A stretch of DNA of 64,000 bases. Origin: Lingula anatina. Lineage: Eukaryota; Animalia; Brachiopoda. Made by a program: the position numbers and the translations under genes. Shown piece by piece: positions 46,446 through 60,100 of the stretch; position 1 is the stretch's first letter, and every line of letters starts with the position of its first letter. The stretch is taken from positions 59,746,788 through 59,810,787 of the forward strand of contig CM120640.1 in assembly GCA_051362555.1 (NCBI GenBank), given 5' to 3'. The notes under the pieces are model-generated. The model was not told the origin of the DNA, ran no database searches, and saw only the letters and a list, made by a program, of their open reading frames with translations.

Positions 46446-49415
46446 TCATTTCTTCTTGTCATCTTTACAAAGAATAACATATCTCTGTGCAACATTAAGT
46501 GGTGGTGAGTAGCCATCTGGATAGGAGTTATCTTCAAACAGCAGTGAATAGTCATCATGAGGCTAAAACAAATTATATGAAAAATTGTAATAAGATACAG
46601 CAAAGGTAAGACTCTTAAAACTAGCAAATGTATGATGATTATAACTCTGCATTTGAAACATCTTAATCAAATAAATACCACATTTTCCTGGAATTTCTTG
46701 TACATTTTATAATTTTCATAAAATATCTGATGTAAATGGATTTGGTAACCATAATTTGTTTTAAACAATTCTACAAATACACACCCTCTTAGGTGGATCA
46801 TGTATAAGAGCTCTGTAGAAGCAAGTTGTCTGTGGATATAAAGCAAGCACAAGCTGAAAAACAAAACAGTGTGCAATTATGAGCAGAAAAAAAATCAAAC
46901 ACCTGCTGATTAATAAATACAATATGGTTTTTATATACAATACCACTAAAAGTGCACTTTCCTGAGCTTTGACAAAATGTGTTCTTCTAGATCCTAGTAC
47001 CAATTTAAATAACAATAAAACTTATTAGAAAACAAAACAAATACCAAAAATAAAAGTTACAATACATGTACTTAATATTAACAAAACGTGCCCTAATGTA
47101 TTACTTACTGTTCCTGCTGGAAATAATGCCTCTGGATCAGTCTCTGGATTTGCTTTCCACACTGGAAGGGGAACTATCCTACGCCTGCTGAGGACATGGC
47201 GCCTGAAATTATTTCCATTTAATTATCAAATGCTGTCAAAATTATATAATACTATAATTTATTGTGAACTTTTAGTTTCAGACATTATAATCATCATGCT
47301 GTTCATAAAAAATGGAATCTTTTCATTATAAGTCTGAGAAATATTTAAAACATCATATCAAATGGTTCTATTCATGGACTAACTTACTCTTTGCCTTCTT
47401 CAGCATCAATGTCATCCACCTCAAATTTATTAGTTGAGCTATTAAATGACACAACTTCTGAAAGAATCCAGTTTTCTTCTCCATCTTGACCTTTGACCCT
47501 AGCTGCTACCTTGTCCCTGGGTTTGGCTATGTAAGTGGATTCTGCTGGTGTGGCTCCACACAGTGGTGGTGGCCTGGAAAGGGAGAAGGAGACAGTCAGT
47601 TTCGATACATTCAATGAAAATATAGATAATTGATTGTTATTCTGTTAAATATAGCATTTTCACAATTTGCATTTCTTGCTTAACAGTATCTGTTAACAAG
47701 ACTAAATATGTGTGCAATTAATCCAACATAAATCAAGAACATAAATTATTCATTGTCGAAGAGCTGATGTTTTTTTTAAAGAACTACTAACTTTTCCCCT
47801 GGTTTGCCTATCCAAAGAGGCAGAGTAAGTGCATTTTGCTGTAGCATTGACATCAAAACACCTCTTCTTCTCACTTGCTTTGGAGGACCATCTCCTTTAA
47901 AATCAGAAAATTCCAATGAGAATTTCCACCTATAGATTAAGTTTCTTTTAAATACAAAGTCAGTATACAGATTGCCACAGAAAAAGTAAATCAGATTTTT
48001 CAAGAACAAACAATAAAATAAAACTTACTTCTTTCATTCCGGAATGATTTCACCTCATTAATCTTGTCAAGTGCCTTCCTAAGTAACCTAAAACAAACAA
48101 CATGAAGGTGAAGTGAAAAGGGGCATTTACCTAAAGTAATTCCCTGACTCATTTTCAACTTCTGCTTTAAAAACATTATACTTAGGCCTGATATAAATCA
48201 GAAAGAACACTCTTTGTCAAATATCTTACTCAGCTTCACTTTCGGCATCTTGCATTGCTGTATTGTACAATCCTTTCAACTTGGACTTGTAATAAGGTGA
48301 AACTGAAATAAAATGTTGATATAAATTCCCAAATGAATTGTCATACGTTTTAAAACATCTCTAGAGACAAAACCAAAAAAAGAAATAACATCTATCTAGA
48401 GAATGGGCAGTTTAAAATACCATAACAAGTAATCAGTTTTATATCTTTATATCATTTTGCAAATCATTTAAATGATATGCCATTTACAATTTTAATTTAC
48501 TTAATTGTATTTACAAAATCATGAAATACAGATATTACAATGACCATATCTTCATACTTTTCTGTTCCTGCAAAATCCTTTCATGTGTTTTTCCAATATT
48601 GGACAAGTTATGCTCTCCTCTTGTTCTTTCATCCTGTAAAATAGGTTTTAAAAATCCGATGGAATATATATTAATATTGCTTATGAGTGGTTTTGATTAC
48701 CTTGCCATGTTTCATCATTTGTTTTTAGATTTCTATCACATTATACTCATCTTTGCCTGCAAAACAATCCTTAGCTGTAACTGAAACTGTTAATGGCAAT
48801 AAAAACTTAATGTTACCAAATTTGTTGTCAAATTAGAATCAAAATAAAAGCATTGTAACTATCATTTGTGTATGGCTAGATATTTAGACATAATTTCTGT
48901 CAAAAAAATACTTGCAATAAGACAAAAAATTCAAAGATTCACCCACCCTTCTAACATATACTTGTTGCCACTTTGGCAAACTAAAAATGATTCTAGGATG
49001 ACCTTACACATACATATTCTCACAAATCAATCAATTCTTTTAACCCTTACAAAAACCTTTAAAATTCAAAGCTATGAGGTTAAAAGCCTTGTCAATTCTT
49101 CAACTATGATCATACAGGTAAAAAAAAAAAATTAGCCGGCAGGAGATCTTGTATTTTCTACTGCTGCTAGGACAAACTAAAATGTAAGCATACCTGGACT
49201 TGATGAATTAAATGGTACAACTCCTTAAGCATATCCTTTATTTTTGCCTCAGCCGCTACATTGCTAGCACTGGTGTTAGCAATACCAGGGAACAGCACAG
49301 GGGGGGCACTACTACCACTACTGCTGCTGCCTGGCTTGTTCTTAGTAGGGCTTGGGCCGCTGCTACTGCCACTGTTACTCCCTCCTCCACTTACAAGCCC
49401 TGACTTATGCCGCAT
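46446..49415 (-). CDS. SGF29: SAGA-associated factor 29 (tandem Tudor H3K4me reader)
   Basis: Exons approx. 49415-49193, 48635-48559, 48302-48230, 48087-48029, 47896-47792, 47573-47388, 47202-47109, 46854-46785, 46562-46446. Motifs RRGVLMSMLQQNALTLPLWIGKPGE, PPPLCGA, ENWILSEV, VDDIDAE, VLALYPQTTCFYRA, LFEDNSYPDGYSPPLNVAQRYV. Confidence 0.96.
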
Positions 49416-49890
49416 ATTATCTCAGCTTAGTTCAGCTTCTACATATTTGTGTAAAATGTATCTGAAATAACATGAACATAAATTCACTTTCATTTAACGT
49501 CCATTACTTAGCAAATGCTCACACAATTTTCGCCCTAAATGTTCCACGTTAATATGAAAAAACACTGGTGATATTTAGTGATTTTTTTCTCTAATTTTTA
49601 CATGTAAATTTTATTGCAATCCGTACTAGTACGTTTGTGAAATGACAGAAAAGGGGGCACTTGTCTTCCATTCGCAGTCGCATTTTCTGCTCCAAATTTG
49701 AGCAGAATTCTCTACTGTTGGTTAACCACATAAAATATAATAAATAAAAAACCAACAAACCTTTCTAACTTCACAGTGAACCGTTAATTCAGAGAAAACT
49801 ACATGGGGATGTGTATTGTCTTTCTTCTGTTGTCGTAAAAGTCTTATCATCAACTGGTACGTAATACATCCGGTTTTGTTAGGAGTTTGA

Positions 49891-51284
49891 ATGGATGTGC
49901 TCTTGATTGTTTTGACATTTATTTTTGGTTGCTTGTTTTTTCCAGTGTCATATTATGTCATATATAATCAATTAAGACGGAAGAATCCCTCTTGGAATGA
50001 AGGGCAACTGCGCACAATTACAATGGAGTAAGTGCATACGAATTTCAGACCGCGGTGGTGGTAAAAGGACGAGTATACATGTACACGTAGTAATGATGTA
50101 GCGGTGCAACAGGAATGGAAGCCCGCTAGGAACCGTAGTCCTTTTTCCATTTTTTTGTACAGGTGACATTTTCCATATACTAACCCCAGTACCCCAACTA
50201 ACCCTATCCTGTAACTAATATGGGACCCAGACTTCATTCTTAGGACTACAGATACATGTTATATGTGAACATCTTTTTCCATATCCATTGAAAAAAAAGT
50301 AACTGTTTCAGGTGTGTATCAATTATACAGGCAGTCTTAGCAAGCCTAGTTGGTGTGACAACAGTACTGAGCTGTAAAGATGTTATGTATGACAGGTAAA
50401 GTGCCTAGACTGAGAGCAATTTTATATATTGTATTATTACTTTTTTGTTTTCCTTTTTTTTTTTTTATTAAACAACATACTTCCAAAATCAAATATGTGC
50501 ATTACAACCAGAATTTTCTTTAAGAATAGTGAATATCATTATTAGGTAAACCATGATATTTTTGCAACATTTTAATGATCACACATTGCAAAAATGTGTG
50601 GTAAAACTGTTTGTTTTCAACATTTTTTCAGACATTGGCCCGTATCACTGTACCCATGGTTTGGTGTCCAGTATTTCTATTATGATACCTGGGCCATGTA
50701 TAAATCATATGTCCACACTCACGCAGAAGACTTCGTAGGGAAGTCAACCAAACAGTCAGTTCAGTATTTCATAAGCAGGAGGCCACTTATGGTGTTCCAT
50801 CACGTGGGACTTCCTCTTCTGTATTTTCCTGTTTTAGTTGTAAGTTAATTGAACTAAAACTGGGTTTTTTATTTTATATCTTCTATTATGATTGTTGAAC
50901 TGCTGATATGTAATGTATTATAATTTGAACACTGATGAAAACAACAATTAAATATGAAAAATGAAGAATGTAGTGAATGAAAAGTTATTATTATTATTTT
51001 TATTATTATTATTATTTTTTTTTTTTTTTAGTATTTCAGGAAAGGAATTGGAGATTTCTTTGTTGGAAGTTTCTACACGTCTGAACTTGCAGTCCCCTTT
51101 ATTTGTATGAGGGTAGTCTTTATTCAGGTGAGATGAATGTTTTTTGTTCACAAAATACTTTTATTTGTAACCTCTTAAATATATAACACTGAGTACATTC
51201 ATATTAGTTTTTATATCACCTTTCCATTTGCCTTCAATGATGTCCTGCCAAATATATTTTATAAAGAAATTATTGGAAAGCCTA

Positions 51285-51322
<38 letters not shown>

Positions 51323-51657
51323 AAGGAAAATAAATTTTACAAAAGTAATTATTTATTTCATTGTTCATATTTCAGCTGGGAATGAAAGATAGCAAACTTT
51401 ATTTGATCAATGGATGGGTCATGATTATCATGTTTTTTACCTGCAGAGTCTTGATCTTCCCATTTATGTACTGGAAATATGCACTTCAGTATGACATTCC
51501 AGTATTACATGTGCCATTCAGGATTCCTATGAAATGCAACCTGTCATGTTTGGGCTTAATGATCCTTATGCTGTACTGGACAGGACTGATGGCAGTGGGT
51601 GCTTATAAACACCTTAGGAAATCAAAACCACGTAAAATCGGTGCCAAAGAGAACTAG
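49891..51657 (+). CDS. TLCD3: TLC domain-containing protein 3 (FAM57 family)
   Basis: Exons 49891-50027, 50312-50395, 50632-50839, 51032-51127, 51376-51657. Motifs LFFP, SCKDVMYDRHW, YDTWAMY, MVFHHV, GDFFVG, ELAVPF, FFTCRVLIFPFMYW. Confidence 0.9.
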
Positions 51658-51771
51658 ATATTATCTCAGGGTTAATGTGTTTGTTCCCATTTTTCATACC
51701 ACATTTACTCAATTATTATGTTACTTTGATAGATGCTTATATGTTCTCTTGTTGGACAAATATATAACAGA

Positions 51772-51794
51772 GTCCTTATCTTTACTACGGTGGG

Positions 51795-51834
<40 letters not shown>

Positions 51835-51841
51835 TGCCCCT
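51772..51841 (+). pseudogene. 3'-truncated U6 snRNA copy
   Basis: 51795-51841 ACATATACTAAAATTGGAACGATACAGAGAAGATTAGCATTGCCCCT matches the conserved U6 sequence as recalled with one mismatch. It is preceded by a degenerate GTCC..GGAC 5' stem-loop; the 3' part of U6 is absent. Confidence 0.9.
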
Positions 51842-54002
51842 TTACTCTATGAAAATAGGGTTGGGATTAGTAGCAATGAATGCTATAAACCATAAAAATT
51901 ACTATATCAGCCTGATTGCTCAATAACAAAAACATTAAATGTTTTAGTACTTTATTATCAATTTTTGTGTGATTTTTCATGTGAATCAAAACTTGTATTA
52001 TGTATATTTTTATTTATGTTTCATGTACATCAATCTAAAGAGAAGTTCCTGTTCAAAAATGTAATGCAAAGTCAAGATATGCACAAAACAGTCGGAGAAA
52101 TTATTTCCTAGTAAGGATATTAAAATCTCATTGTATTATGTTGCAATATTTTTTAAAAGTTTTTAAAAGGATGATTGAGGATTATTTTAATACTTAATTA
52201 TAACTTGCTGTTGTCTGTTATATTATTTACTTATTTATCTATTTTTTAAATAAAGGGTTTTTTGAAGGACCTGAAATTTTTTTTGTGAACTTGATGCACA
52301 ACTAAATGATATTTGAACAACATTTATTTTATTCAAGTAATGGATACATAATGTAATCCTGAATAGTAATCACTGCTGCTGATTTAATCTTATATTAAAT
52401 AATACTACAATAACAAATGAATACAATACAAAAAATCAATTTCCGTAAACCACAAGTTTCAGATACAACCACTATACCATTAACTGTGCAACATAGTTGG
52501 AACATCCTTAACCTATACCCACATGTGACATTGGTTGCCAACCCCCCTTCCTTTCCCCAATATACAGTATAGGTTAAATTGCACCCTACGCATATAGTCT
52601 TGAGAATTTTGAACATTTTAAAATCATTGAGATAAGATGATTCTGTACCTTAAAGCACTGGCATGAACAGTTTTCTGAATTATTACTGGTGCAAATCTTT
52701 GATGCAACAAAACTATATAATTCCATGATAAAAAGTAAATAGTTTCCAGACAAACCAAATGCGTTTTCTACCAATGTCATCATTACACAGGAGGCGATGA
52801 AACAGCTTCACCAAATGTAATTTTACTTTGTTCTATAGATGCTAAAATAGATGAAACCTACAAGAAAAAAAAATAAAATCAACATGTAACAAATAACACA
52901 CAAACCAATCAAAGCAGTGTGATAAATTTACCAAAACTAAATATTATACATATCTGTATGATACTTTATCACATCAGTTCTCGATGAACAAAAAGAATAT
53001 AAATCTGGAATGGTTATGGTTCACAATTTTACCCAACCCACAGTGGACAAGACATGATGCCAGCCCTTAACTACAATTACCTTGTTTACTCAAGTAGATA
53101 AAACTAGCCCAAGAGTAATTCTACATATTTTCCTACATAATTCAAAAGCATCAAATTCGTTTTTTCCAGAACAATACAAATATACTTCTCCACATAGTAA
53201 CCTCATCATAAGGTCTAAAGTATAATGCTGTCCAAGTTTAACATTAAAAATAGTACACAATAAAGAAAAGCCCATCAAAACCAAGAGCACTTCATATCAT
53301 CCAACTAAAATATACAGTAACACAGGGACTAAGTTAATCCTTTCATTCATAGAATTTCTTGGGAGTGTTTACTCTACACAAAAGATTGAAGCTAATGATT
53401 TCTATGCTTTTAGCAGTGCTAGATGTAAATAATTATATTACAAGCTATTTAAAAATAGCATTAATTCAAGTTCTTAAAATTTACTGCACAAGTGACATAG
53501 GCTCAACTTGCCCTAACATTCGAGGACCATGAATGAACAACAAATACAACATAACATTACTCTGTCTTACATATAAAAATATACAGGATACTATAACATA
53601 AAATTTAAGCAAAATAATGAAAGTGGGATCCTGATCAAACTTGGGGTAATCAAAAGAGTGTTCAGATTGAGTTCATCTGACGATAATTAAATAAATTTGC
53701 CAATAGTAGCTACTACTACTAGCAAATGTCATGTTATTCAGATCACTTTATTACAAAAAATGGCTCAGTAAGGCAAAAATATCAAATACAATGGAGACAG
53801 TGTAACAATCATTTATTTGAAGTATATATTGAAAGTCTCATCCTCTCAGTTACATTTTGACATCTTAATGAAAAAGTGTAACATGTTTTAATATTCATAA
53901 ACTAGAAATTTTATTTCAACAGTACATGGCTTGATAATGCAGGCTTTTGTGCATTTAATACTCACTTTTATGAAATATTAACAATCATTAATAACACAGA
54001 TT

Positions 54003-54863
54003 TCAAAGTTTACAGAGACAAAATACAAGTGGAATAAAAGCTCCCAAAGCAGCCAGAATTGGTAACATGGTAGTGCTGGCATCTTCCCCTGCATATGGGT
54101 CTTGTATTTTGGGACCTGAGGTACGTCTTGGTTTCTTCTGCCTTTCTGGTTCTTCCTCCTCTTCTTCTTCCTGCTCTTCTTGCTGTTTATCTGGTGTAGG
54201 CAATGGAGGAAGCTGAGGCACATCTGAAACCAAATTAAGCTTTGCAAATGAGATGAAAAGACCAAAAAAAGTTATGCAACTAATAAGCAGTACACACATA
54301 TTTTTAACAGTAAATAATGATGTAATTTATGCCAATAATGTAACACATAAGGTCACATATCCCAATATTATCTTAATCTATCAGAGCAACAACTGTTTAA
54401 AAATGTAGTGCTATAAATAACATGATATTCTCCAAGCCTATCACTGAGTGTACTAGTGTAGATGCTAATAGTGGGCATGTAGTATCAAAGTCGTTTAATC
54501 ACATAAACCAAAGCCTATCAAAATGTTTATTCATACCACAAGAAGTCTCACATATAATACTTCATTATAGCTTAATACTGGAAAGGTTTTTAACACCCCA
54601 TTTCCATAGATTTTTAGTTCGATCTATCGCTGTGGGGAGTCTCACTAGATTACTGTCAGCTTGGCCAGCTTAAGCATCTGTCCCGCCTACTAAAAGCTGT
54701 AAGGGGGTAATTAACTATGGTGCCCGCTCGGCTGACTGCAATTTAGCGTGAACCCCCAGGGAGTTAGGTCGATCTAAATCTTAATCTTTAGATCGATCTA
54801 AATCTCTGGGAAAGCACCCTTACATTCTAAATTTTTGATAATTAGTGTGTGTGTGTGTATGCG

Positions 54864-54926
<63 letters not shown>

Positions 54927-56900
54927 TTGGTGTTAATTGCATTTGAATCAATGCCAATTTATGAAAAAAATATATGATCTTGATAGATCTCTGAATATAA
55001 TTTCAAACAAGAAACAGTACCTCTACCCAAGAGACAAAAGATATATCAAAAAATAAAATCTATGGTAATCAAGTCATTTCTTACCATCTAAGCTCCCCTT
55101 CATCAAGTAGATAGCATTGATTTTTGGGTTGTCATAGTTTCCCTGAAAAAATATAATTACCAAAGTGATAAGTTCAGTGATTAAAACAGTTTCTGCAGAT
55201 ACAAGCTTAGCCATTCAATATTTCTAACAGGCACTAACATTCTTAATCCAGGAACCTTACAACAGTACCCAAGACTTAAGTCTTAAATAATATAACATTG
55301 CATTGCAAACACATAAAATCTTAAACATTCCTTAATCAAGTCAATTTATTTTACTGATCAAGAGTTAATGGTTTTAAAATTTTGTATGATAAATAAATAG
55401 TCCACTCCAAAGTATTTTCACCACTATCAATATTTTCACCACTTCATATACCAAGGAAAAAGATGTTAGTGCATTAGTGCATTTGATGTTAGTGCATTAA
55501 TGCATTTTTAATCTGAAAAAAAAAAAAGAAGTAACAGTTTTATGGAAAAATGTCAGAGTGAAAAATAATGTATATAAAATGCCCACTTTTAAATAACACA
55601 ATGAAATAACCTACTGGCTTACAATCATTTGCACATTATAATCCATATGAAAAACTGCTTATCTACTAGTTAACAATGACATCCAACAAGCAGTCTCCCT
55701 TCCTGCAGTTACAACAGTTTCAGACAAGAAATTAAAGCAAACTATCAACCTCCAGGCCCATATCCAACAATTTCAAAGAGGTGTGTGTCTTTTTTTTTTG
55801 AAAAGTGGACCGTTTGCCATGAAACCTCTCTGCACCTAGATCAAATTTTACCCAGAGTGGATCATTTCCCAGTCATAAGGGCAATTTGTGAGAACCCGGG
55901 AACCTCCACAGGCTACACACCTGAAATTCTGACTGTCAAGGTCAATAAATTATTCATCTTCAACCCAGGTGTAGGCTCCTGGCAAAACACCATTAATCAA
56001 CACACCAGCATATTTTGTACTCATTGCACATTAGTCTTTTATGCAACTGCTGGAGTAATCTCACCTTTGCAAATTCAACTTTTAATTTCCCGCTGATATC
56101 TGAGCTCTCTCCTCTGACCCTGATTTTTCCATTTTTCACTATAAAAGGAATAACCTCATCATGTGCAACACCTCGTCCAACTTTCCCAAAAATATCTAAA
56201 TCTTCCACAACTGTATGTTGTCCATTCATCACAATATTGAATACCTAGAAGGAGATTAGAAAAAAAAATGAATAATAAATTTCTAAAATACCAATAACAC
56301 ATAATAAATATATAAGATACTTAAAATGTGAAAACAATGAGAAATAGCTATAAAATATCATTTGGAAATACTTGATAAGATCATGACCAGGCATATAATA
56401 CTTCAGGAACTTAATTCCTGTTTTCAAAGTGATATATAATGCTTTGGTCTATAATGTACCAATGACAGCTTATTATAATGCATATATATATCACTCTACC
56501 TGCAATAAATATAAAATGATAAAAAAAAATCAAACACACCAACCTTTTGATTTGGTGCTGCAAACCACACTTCACTAAATTTTAGGACTAAAACATAGTC
56601 TCCGTCTCCGCTCAAAGGAATATCATAACTAAAACTAGAAAAATGATATCGCTCTGTTTGATAAAGTATCATATCTTGTGGTACAACCCTTTGAATCAGC
56701 AAACTTTTCCCATAGTCTGAAGGGGTGCCGACTTTGGACATATCTTTTTGGTATTTTATTCCATTGATGTCAGTGTGTGCCTCCCCGCCACAGTTCACTG
56801 CCCATATCACTTGACCAATACCGCACACCTGTATGAACTGTAAAATCAGAAACACAAGCCATAGCACAGCCCTCTGCTTGACTATAGAAAGGACCTGCAT
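54003..56900 (-). CDS. MLEC: Malectin
   Basis: Exons approx. 56900-56544, 56244-56065, 55143-55085, 54225-54003. Motifs VIWAVNCGG, SDYGK, ILYQTERY, VLKFSEVWF, DLDIFGKVG, DNPKINA, acidic stretch, SGPKIQDPYA, C-terminal TM ending FCLCKL. An alternative in-frame ATG lies at 56966. Confidence 0.96.
54866..54922. repeat. (AT)n microsatellite preceded by (GT)n
   Basis: Direct reading. Confidence 0.9.
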
Positions 56901-56966
56901 TCTACCACGATATAGATAAAATAAAAGACAAGAATGAAATTTTCCTGCAAAACCAATCAACGACAT

Positions 56967-57135
56967 CCACGCTCGCCGGCAAGCGGAAGCCAGTTTTAGT
57001 GCGCATGCCTATCCGGCGGTTTTTCTTCAAAACTTCCGGTCGTTGAAAATTTCGTGACAGGTGCTTGAGGTAAAAAAAAAACTTTTATTTCGCGCGATGC
57101 GAGCATTGAAATGAGTTGCACAGAAGGCAACGAAG
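56967..57135. promoter_or_regulatory. Compact bidirectional promoter between MLEC and the clathrin-like gene
   Basis: CpG-rich patch with NRF1-like TGCGCATGC (~57000) and ETS-like GCGGAAGC (~56983) and ACTTCCGG (~57032). Start codons are <250 bp apart on opposite strands. Confidence 0.6.
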
Positions 57136-60100
57136 ATGGAAAAAGATACGCCACCCGTTGAAGTTAAAGAATTTATTAAGGTACCGTAAATTCCAGTAGA
57201 ATGTTCCATATTGTTATGCTGTGACTACCGCCGTACGACATTAGGTATATCAGAAAAATTTTCAAACTGATCAGAAAATTAAAATACTTATATCATCTGA
57301 AAGGTAATGCAAAAACCGGATGAAATCATTTGGAATTTTTTAAATATTCCTACAAGCAACAAAGATATTGAAGTTTTTTAACTGCAAAAATCCACCAAAA
57401 GTGTCCACACTTCTCAGCTCAAAACCTGTGCCCACTGACCAGCAGTGATCACTCAGGCGCAGCAGAGCACCCTGTGTGTCTTTGTGTGCTCAGCCTATTG
57501 GCTGGCTCACATAGCCTGTGACTAATCAGGGCAGAGCGATTTCCCTGTGGTAATTTTCACATCATGTAATATTGCGGATTAAATTAACTATACTTCGCAA
57601 CCTTCAAATTTCATGATTTTTCTACATAATATAGCAAATTTCATAAACTTTGCTGGATATAAATTTCAAAAAGATGATACCAGCACCTACCTGAAATTTT
57701 TTAGCATTTTGTAGAGGCAAAACTTAAAACAAGCAGAACCGAAACTTGTCAAAGACTGCAACATGGGAAAATCATGTGACCGGATTTTACTCTTTGATTT
57801 ACAACTTATTTAGTTAATGGCTTGTATTAGTTTTTTTACGCAGCGCTAAAAGAGAGATTTAAAAAAGGGGTTCCATAGGCGAACTGTCAGCAGGCCGACT
57901 TCAGTTTAACACTTCACTGCCCGTGGACAGTTACGACTGTAGCGCCCCTAGCGGATTGTGATCTACCTAACGACATGTACAGTGTGATGTACCGCAGTAT
58001 CTGCGAAGGGTCATAATATTGTACATTCGTTCTCGTCCTCTTTTCCTCCCTTTGGACAAATATCTGATCAGAGCATTATGATTCCCGTACATATAATTGT
58101 GCTGTGTTTTTGTAGATTATACTCGCTCTCTACAACTTTGATTACACACTGGACTCCATGATATAAACGAAACTTAAAATTATCAAGACTATAAATACTA
58201 GGAAACTGGCTAAATATTTGGTGCACACTTTTGTAAAAAGAAAATCAATAATGATGTATGGTGACGGAGAGGTTCATAGGGCCAGGCTGCCAGGGATATG
58301 ATCCTTGTCACAATATAATAAATCATTTTCTATTGTATTATACTAGTGCTGTACAGTGTTTGAATACAAATTGTACCTATGTACTAGTAGATACTAATAG
58401 AGGTATCTCCTACCTCTGCACTCTAGTCATTAATATTTATAGATTGAAGTCCTTAAAATCCTTTTTCTCAGTGTGTTTTCTTAGTGTCTCAGCTCATCTG
58501 CATAAACAAGCTTCACGTTTACATCAGTATGTTAACATACATGTATCTATTCTAAACTTTAAAACCTATATAATATTTAAATGAAGGTATCTATTTTTTT
58601 ACCATTATATATTCAAAGTATCCCACAGTCATATTTTTTATCTCACAAAGTTTCTTTTATTTCCCATTTCAGACCTTTCCCCTTTTAATAATAGTTTGAG
58701 TGAAGCATACCTAATGTCATTATACTTCTCAGCTTTATATCCTTGGAAGGTCCAAGCCATGATATTTTATAACTCAAGCAGCATGAAATAAAACTGTCTA
58801 TATTATACAAGATACAAGGCCATGAAACAAAAAATACCATGCCATTTTCTTTGTTTTATTAAGTAAAAACGAGGTCATTCCATATGGTGTGGCAGGAAGG
58901 CAAATCATTTAGAACTACATTATATACTTAAACAAAAAATTTTTAAAATGATATAAAGCATTGAATCTAAGTGCAGGGATAGGTCGAGCAATGATTTGAG
59001 AGTAGGGGAAAATTGCTTTTTTCCCTTTGTTTTGGTGGTAAAATCCCAGATTGGATACCATTAAGGTGACTAGTTGCACTTTGACAGACTGTGTATATGG
59101 TGATTTGTTTACTTGATTTATCATGTACACTATAAATTATAAACATTAGGAGGTTGTTTGATTACAAGATAAAATGATGGTTTGTTTCTTAAGGGGCTAT
59201 GATAATTTACTATCATGATGCTACAAATTACTGATTGCCATGTTTGCATTGAATTATGGTAATGACTCTATCTTTTCAATGGGGAAAATTATACACCTGG
59301 GGCATCCTTTAAGTATGTCATGATAAGGTTATCAAAACACTTGACTTCCTTTTTTTTTCTTTTTAACATTAACCTATATTGAATTAACACAGGAAGGAAA
59401 TATGAAACAATGGAAAACTGCATGGTATTACCCTACTGGAGTGAAGATACAAAGTGCAATATCTCCTTTATCCAAATGACTAATTTTCAGAAAATTTATG
59501 TTAAATAGGTGATAAATTTTTATCAATCACTGTATATGTTTTAACTTGTCTAAAATTTCCCTTTATTAATGGCTAGGATCAGCCTAACTTCCTATATTGC
59601 TATAATAAAAAATTAGTAAATAAAGGGGGTTGGGTGGGCATAAAATGATTTATGTTTACAATTAGTCATTCAGTAAACTCGTTAGCGTATGAGAGTGCGT
59701 AATTACGCGTTGTTTTGCTGTTTTTACGCATTGGCTGGAGCCCCAGCGCGTACGAATACGCACACCTTTGGCTTTGAAGATCGGCGAAGTTGACCAGTCC
59801 GTTGACTGTTGACGGTCAGACTCATGTTGAAAATGTCATAATTGATTCCCAAGTGTCTCATTTTTTTCTTAAGATATTTGAATTACCCGACTAAAACATG
59901 CTTCTTCTTTCACTGACCCGCAGAGGATGACGTAATCTTCTCTGATTGGTCATAATATGCAAGTTTTAGGTCAAAGCACGTGTGCCTCTCTTTAGTATAA
60001 ACAAGGTATGAACAACGATGAAATGATCGTTTTTTTATTCACATAATTGTTCAACATTTTAATTGAGCAACCATACGTTTAGGACCAATTTAAATCACTC

